Origin: Catajapyx aquilonaris | Taxonomy: Eukaryota | Reading direction: 5' to 3' | NCBI GenBank assembly: GCA_000934665.2 | Contig: KZ538224.1 | Coordinates: 310,001-374,000, forward strand | DNA: 64,000 bases | In this document: one piece after another, positions 13,601 through 23,375 of the stretch | Position numbering within the stretch: position 1 is the first letter of the stretch | Layout: each line of letters opens with the position of its first letter | Made by a program: the position numbers and the translations under genes | Notes under the pieces: generated by a model | Told to the model about the DNA's origin: nothing | Databases searched by the model: none | Seen by the model: only the letters and a program-made list of their open reading frames with translations

Positions 13601-16057
13601 TCAACAGAACTTTTATACCAATGGACAAAGTCAATGGGTGACATTCCATTTCGTCATCTACGCACGTGAGTCAACCCTGCAGGATAATCCGGGCTCGTTA
13701 AATGAGAAACCACAAATCTCATTTGCATAGACGTTAGCGCAATACACACGATGTGAATCATCATGTAAAAAAAAGTTCACGAATATTACATGTCAGTTTA
13801 ATTATTCATATTGAAATTCCACATGTGAAATAATTTTCGCAAGAATGTTACCGTACGTCTTTTTATAGCCCGGATTGTTGCTTCAAGAGCTGTGTGTACT
13901 CTCCTCGATGCTTTAATGATATTGTCAGCCGAAGTTAATAGAATCGGGACTCTCAGACATGATATGGCCGGACGTGAAATCTATTCAGACTCGGAAAATC
14001 ATCCTACATGATTCATGACTTCTGGCAATTGAATGCTTTATAATGCAATACCGAATGCATTAACCTATTTTATAGCGCATTCCTTGCCGGCTAAATTACT
14101 CGTCCGCTCAAGCATTCCGTTATATATTCTCTCTTTCTCTCTCTCTCTCGCTGTTGCTTTTGCTCTTGCTGCCTTGGTTCCTTCTCCAAAATGTAACAAC
14201 TAACTTAATAGGACATGTCCTCTGCAGTTATATTCGGTCGTAAATCCGGAGGGGTGCGCTGCAGCAACAATTTGTCTCTGAAGATTTCAAACGCCCTTGT
14301 ATCTGAATAATTCAATTACAAGCCACTGACCTGGCACGACCCCTTAAATCTACGCCTTTGTAACCTCTATTTGTCAGCTATTTTTTTTGGGAGGGGGGAA
14401 AAAGCACCCGGGGTTTTCCAGCCTCCCAAAAAAAGGGGTCGAATAACTCCCAAAGTACTAAGGAGGAATATTTCTTATTGGGAATTTTCTATGAGGCCTT
14501 CCCGGGTCATTCCCGGCCATTTTGTGCGATTGATGCTGCTGTATCCGAAATAGGATGCGGAAAGAGAGAAAAAAAGGGGAAGGGATAAAAACGAGTCTTT
14601 CGGAATGTATGCGGGAGGAGGGAATTGGTAATGAAGCTCCCTACATTGTAATGGCCATTGATTACGTCGCTATTGAAGAATGCGGTCGTAATCATGGTAA
14701 TATATTGAAATGAAGAAGAAAAGAGGAGAAGGGAAAGAGGGAATATATCTTTGGATTTTTGTGAAGGCGAAGAAGAAGAAAAAAATGAGCATAAAAGAGG
14801 TTTTACAACACTTTCGCTCCGTGTTATCCGCTCGAAGGGAAACTTGCGTCACGTGATCCTAATCAAGAATTCCTATTGGCTGGTGTCTGCCGTAATGACC
14901 AGACTTGTCTTCTTATCTTCGTGGAACAACGTTAAAAAGTCGGTCTGTAGAAGATAAAGTTCGAGCCATTCTTGTTGGCGATAACAATGACAACAAAAGT
15001 GACGCCAACTTTTTAAAAAAATGGTACTGGAAATACACCGATTCCTTTGAGACTCATGGTGCAATGTTCAAGTAGTTAGGTCCTGTACATTTTGATAACA
15101 AATTGGCACTTTTATTTCCTGGGCATTATTACTTCCTAACTGAATATGCTTCAAAAGCATTCTCCTGAAGTTTTGCTTTTGCGACTACGACAGTGATAAA
15201 TACCCTGTTTCTATCGAGAGAACTGGCAAATTTGCGCCTTTTTTTGTGTTCACACCAAATAAAGACCCCCAACTCAATCACGTCAAGTTAGAACAACCCG
15301 CCAAACTTTAACCGCTGGAAGCAATAGACAAACAGCAAAAGGGAACCAATGGGGTGTTAGATTTATAGTGTTGGGGGAAAGCATTGGACTCCAGATTGGC
15401 GTTGGCCATGTTCTTTCCGAATAGGGCCCCAACCTCGATAAGAGAGAGAAAAGAGAGGTCTAATTCGTGCCAGCCAGATAAATCTGTAAAAGGGGCGAAA
15501 AAATGGCGTGGTTTTCGGGTAGTCAGCTGGCCCAGCTTTTTGGAAGAAAATAACCGGTGCTGTTGGAAAGAAGGGACTTTTTTTTCTTCAGTTCTTTTTC
15601 TTCTTCTTGCTCTCCATCCCTCAATCCCAGCCGTCAAAGTCCCTCCGAATGGACTCTGCCCCCAACCCTCCCAGTCTCTACTCCATTTGATCGCGGTTCA
15701 AACTGTCGGTTCGGACCATCAGCCCAAGATGGCGACGGCTGAAAAATTGCGTTCCAGCCCTGGAAATATCCGCAGCATCAATCTGCTTGGGGAGAAACGT
15801 CTTCACGATACCCGTTACCAAGCGAGATTGCCCTTGGGGGTGCTGATGCTGCTGGGAGGGGGGGGGGGTGAATCCAGAAAGCGGAAGATACTTCCATACA
15901 TATCTAATTTGAAGCTGCAGCTGTGGCAAACTCACCATTTATCAACATTGTTGGCATTATGATCTGACTGGGGGGAAGGATATTGTTCCTGGAATAAAGG
16001 CATATAGGATGTTTTCCTCCAAATATTTTTGAGCAACAATTAGTTGAGTAGGTAATT

Positions 16058-16255
16058 ATTATCAAAACTAGGCTATCTTATTCGGTGCGAATCCATCACT
16101 GAAAACAGAAATTTAAGATTTAGTGAGTCTTGTCGCGGTCCAGGTGAACCCGAGATGAAAATGTTCCTTAATGTGAAAATATGAATTTAGCGTTGAGTTG
16201 ATGCCTGCAGGAATTAACACACTTTGACAAAATGAGATAGCCTGGTTTTGATAAT
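16058..16255. mobile_element. Inverted-repeat pair, probable decayed MITE
   Basis: ATTATCAAAACTAGGCTATCTTATT (16058-16082) matches the reverse complement of 16231-16255 (ATTATCAAAACCAGGCTATCTCATT) at 23 of 25 positions. Confidence 0.6.
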
Positions 16256-16610
16256 CATTTTTTAACTTAATTTGTCTAAAATAATTTTTTCCTCAAATCG
16301 GACGCTGAGTAAATAAAATTATTCGGACAGTGGTTTGTGGACAAATTACGGCTCCAAAAAACTTCTTGCGTTTGTTTTCTTCCCTCGACTATGCTATCAA
16401 GGCAGGATGAAGCCGCGTTTGAGGCGATTGCTGATGCAAGCAAAGTTTGGGAGGCAATCTCAGGGAGGACCCAAAGTTTGGGACGATTCCGACTGAAAAT
16501 GCCTGAGAATCAGCATAAGAGAAAAGGGCTGGGGGTAACGTAAACACGGTCATCCATTCAGGTGATCCGGTTCAGTTGTTCGGAACGAAAAAAATAGGAT
16601 GTGAAAACAT

Positions 16611-16690
16611 GTCTGTGCCTCTGTTTGTCCTGGATCAGCCCTGAGAGTGGCAGCTAGGAGTGTGCAGAGAGGCGCCATATATGCAGCCTT
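16611..16690 (+). repeat. Dispersed repeat family A fragment
   Basis: GTCTGTGCCTCTGTTTGTCC...CCCTGAGAGTGGCAG...GTGCAGAGAGGCGCCATAT, shared with copies at 20191, 31001-31052 (-), 40384, 45565 and 46509. Confidence 0.65.
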
Positions 16691-18873
16691 TTTTTCAATC
16701 AAGGATTGCTCTAAAATTATAATGATGATTACCACAATGAGTGTGGCCTTTTCCAGCCCGATTGTTGATTAGGCGCAAGCAGTGTTGATCCCAGGAGAGT
16801 AGAGGCAGCTGGTTGTTTCCAGGCCAGACCAACCGCCTTGAAATAACCGGACGGGGGGTTAGGTTTGGATAGCAAGGGAGGCTCGGGACTCTGATGAATA
16901 AACTGGATTAGCCACCGATATTGGATGACGGCATGATTGGCTAATTGGATGATTGTTCTCTTTGGCGGCGTTGCCCTAAAGGGAAGGGAAAAAAGGGGTG
17001 AGGGAGCAGTGGGTGGGGTGGGAAAAAGAGGTTTTTTTTCCTCTTCATGAAAAGGTCTGATGACTTCACTCCGGCTGGGAATTTGTTGCATTATGCAGCT
17101 CGTGGCACACGTAACGCAATCTCATTTTGTGTACGTGTATGATCATAAAATGAGGGAAAATCACTTTATAAGTGCGTCCTATAAGCTTAATAATAAATTA
17201 TTTTTTAAATGTCGCGTGTAAAAACTCGCCTTATTTCCACTCCAATGGATCAGTTTGTTACGAAGCATCGCATCTGCTTTAGGGGAAGCAGAGCGAGCAT
17301 AAATTATGTATATTCTCCTCCAGCATATTTTCCCCCACCGGAAAAAGCAATAGATTGATTTCTGCGACCGCCTCCGGATTATGAATCCGGATCTCTCTCC
17401 CCCCCTCCCCTTTTCGCCCGGATTAGAAGGCTCCTCTTCGGCTTCTCCCAGAGCAACATTAATTTCGGGCGAGTTCCCGGGAGTCTGAGCAATTTGCATG
17501 AATTTGCATGCATAACACTCTAGACCTACAAGGGGGCTACATCATGTCGGAGCTGGCCATTCGCGGCCCTTCATTGTCCGAGACACTCTCTTATCGGTGA
17601 CGTTTCTATGCGGACACGCGCCACTCTATGCGATAAGGACGCGCGACGACGCGAGGCATATTGGGCCGTCTCACTATTTTTTGGGTTTACTCTTGTGGCA
17701 CTGTCCTTCTTGGAGAAGGAGATTGTTAGCGAGCACTTGTGAGCAGGAACAATGGACAATGATGAAAAGGCCCTCAGGACTTGTGGGGGAAGAGAGAAGA
17801 AGAGCAGTCGACGACATGGGAACAATCGGTTGTCTGTGCTGCTGGCTTATTCTGCCCAGAATGTGCCAGCTGAGCCTACCAAAGAAGGATGAAGTTGAGT
17901 GATGGATGGCGCCCATGCACCAGAAAGTGGGCGCCAAGGTAGCGCCATGGGAGACCTTCTGCTTGTACACAACTCCACCTTTTGAATGACTGATCGTTGC
18001 CTTGAAATATGCAATCGGGGTGTGGGCCACTGTGCCAATATTGGCAATGTCCTACTGGAGCAAGCAGTAGAAATATGTCACCCGGAAATTAAGGACCGCT
18101 ATCAATATACTGTACTTCTGGTGGGGAAAGGGGAGCAGTCCCCTAGACTATCTTAATGGTTCCCACTCCCGGATTATGAGTTGCCCGGAAATGTACATGC
18201 CTGCTGACCACTACAAAACATACGGGGCCCGGATTTCCATTACAGGCTCGGTCTAAACTCCCGTTCTGATAAGCGGAAGTGTTCCTTCTAGGGAAACTCA
18301 TAAATCATGTCCAACTTTCTTTTGGAGGCCTGGTAATCTTTCAAAGAGGTGTCTAACTCTTTTCATGGCTTTCACTCGGTTAATGCATGGGTTAGAGGGA
18401 TTATCAGGAAGCCCTTTCAGAGGTGGGAAACCTGAATTCGACAGACTTTACCGCAAGAAAAGCAAAGTTTGGATCAAATCCGTTTCCCCAGCTTTAAAAT
18501 AATTAGTGAGGCATATTGTAGCTTCCTCTTTTCCATATTTGTTGAGCTCCCCCGGTGTGGTGACATGAAATATATTCCCACGAGACATTTTTCCGTCGCT
18601 TCGTAGAGTAACGGCGTCCCAGGCGTCACATCCAGGCGTATCTAGAGTCGGGGGCAGGGGGAAAAGGGGAGTCTCACTAATTTGGAAGCCGCAGCGTCGA
18701 CCGTAATGTGGATAATTATTTGCGCATTACACGGACATAAAAGCCTTGCCCTCCCCCCCCCCCCCNCCCAACAGGTATCAGGGAAGCTTTGGCGTCGACA
18801 ACTCCCAAACGGTCAATATCTCATCTGCCAAGCCAAGGGAGGGCCATGAAATAGTGGGTGTCTATTGTGTGTA

Positions 18874-19138
18874 CAGGGTTGATCAAAACTGCATGTTCGG
18901 GCAGAGTGGGCCAAAATGAGTCGAAAATGTAGATGGGAATAATGTCGTGAGACGAGACGTTAATGGCATAAATGGAGATGGAAGTACGTGTGCCTTAAGA
19001 CACGTGGTGTGTCTTGTTGCACCCAAACGTTCATCGTCATTACATCATTAACGGGTCGTTTTTCGACATTCTTCACCTCTACCTTTTCGACTCGTTTCTG
19101 GCCCACCTATCCCATGGACCCACTTCTGACTCACCCTG
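18874..19138. mobile_element. Tc1/mariner-type MITE (265 bp), TA TSD
   Basis: TA-CAGGGTTGATCAAAA...TTCTGACTCACCCTG-TA, with long imperfect internal inverted arms (GTGGGCCAAAATGAGTCGAAAATGTAGA / TCTACCTTTTCGACTCGTTTCTGGCCCAC). Confidence 0.8.
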
Positions 19139-20163
19139 TACACCGGACCCTGGCAGATATGATGTCGGGCACTCAGGGAACGGGGCGCCGGCCTTTTTGA
19201 AGCCTTGGGCCGCAATTAGAGTGGAAGCCACGTCCGGGTTGACAAGTTGTTCCTAATAACATGCTTTTGCCATCTCTGCAGCGGCGTCTACTCAATAATT
19301 ATGACTCCAGTAATTGAGCCACCCCACCTCCCCCTTCCTCTCTCTCGAAACGGGGGTCTATTTGCACTTGGAGAGACGTTAAATGATGGTCTGTTCTCTG
19401 GTGGTGATTCACAACTTACAATGGGGAACGCTTAAAAGGGTTGCTTCTGAGTTACACGTGGCTTCAGTGATGACGATGCGTTTTTTAAAAAAAGCCTTCC
19501 GAGTACTTACAGCAAATCTGACCTCTGCTTAATGTGCCCTGCATCTGATTCTACGCACTCATCAGCTGAGTGGAAAATGTTTCAGAGTGAGTCCAGGTGG
19601 TCATTAAAGTGTTGCTGTTGCATCCTTACATTGAACAAAGCAATTCACAACAAGCTTAAATTGAGCGACATGGATAAAATATTTTTCCGTAACCTCTGAA
19701 CGAAGTAGCTGCTTAATAACAGACTAATCAGTTTAGTGTGATAAATAAGAGTGTAACAATTTTTTACTGCGTACTATTATCCTCACTACTTAACCTTCGA
19801 AAGGCCACGTTTTAAGGTAAAATTCTTGCCTTGTAGTCACTCCTCGGCTATTTATCTCTCTAGAAAATTGCCTTCTAATCACACCGATGCCAAACGTAAA
19901 AGACACATAATGAGGGGTGCTTTTAAAGGGCCCGGAAATTTATGGTGCTGATATACTGACCACGTCACTTGAAGTGTGAAACAGGCACGGATAGGAATCC
20001 CCCGGAAGGAAGAGGCATCACTTGACATGTGTCTCCCCAGGCGGGGGGTTTTGCTGCGGCCCATACATCAATCCATTAGACGCACTAATAGCAGCATGGG
20101 GCCTCCCAGATGGGGCATCGCCTCTAAACAAAAACCCGTTTTTTTTTCAACCCACGTTATGTA

Positions 20164-20340
20164 CAGGGTGGTTCAATAAAATTGGCTGGAGTCTGTGCCT
20201 CTGTCCGGGTGAGTCATATGTGCATGTAGGGGACAGTAGTGAGCAAAGAGCGAGGATGCGCCATCTATGAGCGAAGTAAGATACTATGTGGACAGTATAG
20301 GGAATACGGGAAGTTTTGATAAGTTTTGGGGTACACCCTG
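20164..20340. mobile_element. Tc1/mariner-type MITE (177 bp), TA TSD, carrying the family A interior
   Basis: TA-CAGGGTG...CACCCTG-TA. The interior 20181-20296 is colinear and similar to 40375-40486. Confidence 0.75.
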
Positions 20341-21709
20341 TAGAAATATCCTGGTTCCAGCTGCATGAAGCGATGATTTCCAGCCGTTCGCACTCGAATG
20401 CCCACCTCGGCCAATATCACTCCGGGAGACGCAGCCTGGCCAATCCAGTCGAGCTCTACAGGGCGTCCCATCCATATATACTCGATAAAAAAAATTGCTG
20501 CTCCACCCTAGAGAGAGAGGGGGCTACGAAACGAGTCGGCCCACACCTTTTTCTCTTTTTTTTTCGCGGTATGCAAATATATTGAAGAGTGTAAGACGGT
20601 GGGTGTGGGACTGCGGACATGGTCTGCTGCATTGTCAGGTCACGTTTGCGACATGGGCGGATTTGACAGACGGATTTGCGTGGGGAGATGTCCAGTCGAA
20701 TCAATATAGAGCTGTCTGTAATTCTAAGAAAATCATATTGACTGAAACATTTGTTGGGAATTAGGCCGAATGAGCCAATATCGACAAAATCACTTCACTG
20801 TATGCTTGTATATTTCAGCAAAAATTTAAGCAGATGTCAGCACATTTTAAACTGTCTTTACTAATATACCAACTGGTGCATAGTCTATCAGGAAATAATA
20901 TTATGCTTTCTGGAGTCATTTTCATTGAAATGAAAAAAATAATTATTAACACATGTTGATTTACCTTGCTATATTGACATTTTTTGTTATGTTCAGTGCT
21001 GTACGTGTTCATGACCATAATAGATCACGTAACTCCCACGTGTCCTAAATATCCGCCCACATACTTGCACATCCTGTGGGCGGGACGGACTGGAGTCACT
21101 CAATACTGTCCTGCCCATTAAATATTTGATGTCCGTGTGTGACTGAATTTCCGTCGACTCTTCCGTGTATGTCCGAAATGTCCACTTGCGACGAAAGCTT
21201 TTTTCACAAAATATGACATTGATTTTGAACATTTCCACGATATTATGCGATTTTTGACGAGAGGGTAATACCCTGCTTGGTTATTACAACCCCGCCAACC
21301 CGATACTGAATGGTTAAAGGGTCCTTGAAGAGGCCTTCTTCCCTTCTGGAAGCTGCTAAATTGACTGAACCGAAATGCTCGAAGCGAAGAAATGGGCTTG
21401 CCTGTTGACTCTTTGCTCCCCGGCCTGACAATTACCATTGTAAAAGTCGCGGGGGCGCACTAGATCTCTCGCCTTATACACACCCCGTATAATATACCCT
21501 TCCTCCTCCTTCAGGGAGTGGGTGGGGGTGGGGGGGATCTCTCTTCCATCTGACGCCTTTTGCTCTTCACGTCAAATGCAGTGCTGAACTCGGCGAAGAG
21601 AAGCGCCTGGAGCAATAGTTTGAGAAAGGAAGCGGCACAGACGAAGGATGATGAAGAGAGAGAAAGAGAGAGCTAGGGGAGAGAAAGAGAAAAGAGCTGG
21701 AAGCAGTAA

Positions 21710-21712
<3 letters not shown>

Positions 21713-21752
<40 letters not shown>
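21713..21752. repeat. (GA)n microsatellite within a purine-rich tract
   Basis: About 20 uninterrupted GA units read directly. Confidence 0.95.
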
Positions 21753-21756
<4 letters not shown>

Positions 21757-22314
21757 TTACAAAGGGAAGATCCGAATCGATGATTACCAAAAGGCCAGGC
21801 CAAGATGTAGAGAAATGCAAGGGGGGAAGTTGGAAAGGGAGGAAAACCTCCCCCCTTTTGGCAACCACTCCAACCATTTTGCAACACTGGTTTTAATATT
21901 CGGCATCTTCACAACCGCTGACTTCCAGATTCTGACCAGATAACGGAAGTCCCCACAATCTGGCAACACTGGTGGTTTTCAACAGACAAATAGCGCATAC
22001 CACGCTACTACGCTAGTAGCCGTTATTTGGACAACTTGGTCGGTGATTATAACCGTAACTAGGCACCAACTTGCCAAAATTTGGCAATTTTTTGCAGAAT
22101 TCCGAAAGTGGAGAGAAGGAGAGGGAGAGGGAGAGGGGGAGGGGGAGGGGGAGAGGGGGAGAGACGCGGATCAGGCAGCGACATCCGACGGCGAATTACC
22201 GAAGTAAGACGGTGCGGAGGTAGCGCCCGCGGCTGGAACGGCGTTTGTGGGAACTCCATGGTGGTTGGTTTTTTTTTAGGTCGGCGTTTTTTGCGTTTTA
22301 TAAATTCCCTTGAC

Positions 22315-22655
22315 TTTTTTATTTATTTTACCCCGTGATGACCCTTACGGGTTCTATAGGAGGGTGGTACACCACCATTTCCCTCAATTTTCTAAGTTAA
22401 CTTCACTCCGGTGCAGGGAATCAAGGAGATTGGGTAAGGATAGGGATTTTCGGGGAGGGGACACGGATTCAGGTGCAATGTCTCAAGTTTGGGCCCTGTG
22501 CTGTTCCCGAGGAGGTTAGGTTGCCAGACACCTCCTTGGTGTAGGTCAGAGACCCTCCTGACGCAAGAGAAAGGGAACTCCCAGGCGGGGATCGAACCTG
22601 GGACCTTTCACTCAGCAAGCCGAGACGTTACCATCTCAGCCACGACACCTCCCCG
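22315..22655 (-). mobile_element. tRNA-derived SINE (~340 bp)
   Basis: The minus-strand head GGTGTCGTGGCTGAGATGGTAACGTCTCGGCTTGCTGAGTGAAAGGTCCCAGGTTCGATCCCCGCC has a Pol III A box (TGGCTGAGATGG, plus 22631-22642) and B box (GGTTCGATCC, plus 22589-22598) at tRNA spacing. There is no acceptor-stem pairing. An unrelated ~250-bp body follows, then an A-rich tail TAAAATAAATAAAAAA (plus 22315-22330). Confidence 0.75.
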
Positions 22656-22667
22656 GTATTAATAATA

Positions 22668-22875
22668 CAGGGTGGTCCAACATCAAGTGTCGTTTTATAA
22701 CGGCTATTAATAGAAGCGCTTAACGATTGACGTAGCAGCGACGTGTAAAATTTCCCACTTCGATGGCGCCGAAGATGCGCCGAAGTGGGACATTTTAGGC
22801 GTCGCTGCTACGTCATCGCAAAATCACTGCTATTAATCGCCGTTATAAAACGACACTTGATGTTGGACCACCCTG
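22668..22875. mobile_element. Tc1/mariner-type palindromic MITE (208 bp), TA TSD
   Basis: TA-CAGGGTGGTCCAACATCAAGTGTCGTTTTATAACGGC...GCCGTTATAAAACGACACTTGATGTTGGACCACCCTG-TA. The outer arms are perfect over more than 35 bp and the element is imperfectly palindromic to its centre. Confidence 0.92.
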
Positions 22876-22884
22876 TATAGATTA

Positions 22885-23375
22885 CAATAACGGCATACAT
22901 TTTAACTATTTCCACAACTGTTTTGCCATTCCCTTAGCTGGTATTTGATATGTCATTTTGATAGCTATTGTTATAGCCATTATTAAAATAGCGGTTGTTA
23001 TTACACCTGCTACTCACATAGCTGTTGCGTTATACCTGTTATTCTAAAAGCGATTGCTATAGCGGTTATCCAATAACGGTTGCTTTTAACGAATATGTTT
23101 ATTGCTAAGTAAATAATTAACATGTAGTGAAGCCAATAATGAAAATCTGTCATGGACTGTAGCTGCTATTCGAATAATAACGATTGTTATTATAACGGTT
23201 ATTTTCCCTCCAATAGTGGTTGTTATTATAACCGCTATTCCCGCAGCTGTATGTTATACTGTATACCTGTTATTCCAATAGCAACTGTTATAGCGGTTAT
23301 CCGAAAATGGTTGTTATTGTGACTTATTTATTGCAAATTTGAGAGTGATATAACAAAAATCCGTCATGGGCTGCG
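22885..23375. repeat. Degenerate A/T-rich tandem array with a ~215-230-bp higher-order duplication
   Basis: Recurrent ATAGCGGTTAT and GTTGTTATT motifs. Block 22987-23159 is repeated at 23212-23373 (TATACCTGTTATTC at 23031 and 23262; AAAATCYGTCATGGRCTG at 23142 and 23356). Confidence 0.7.

Noticed and set aside
14873..15064. Peptide FLTLFHEDKKTSLVITADTSQ resembling the start of a Ty3/gypsy RNase H
   Set aside because: It stops immediately, has no following G-x-GAVL motif and no RT upstream. The DNA there reads as a CCAAT plus TCACGTGAC motif pair.
17990..18050. Possible CCHC zinc-knuckle relic (RCLEICNRGVGHCANIG)
   Set aside because: The spacing does not fit CX2CX4HX4C and there is no supporting gag/ORF1 context.
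22578..22650. Functional tRNA gene
   Set aside because: A and B boxes are present, but the acceptor stem cannot pair and the sequence continues into a body and A-rich tail. Treated as a SINE head.
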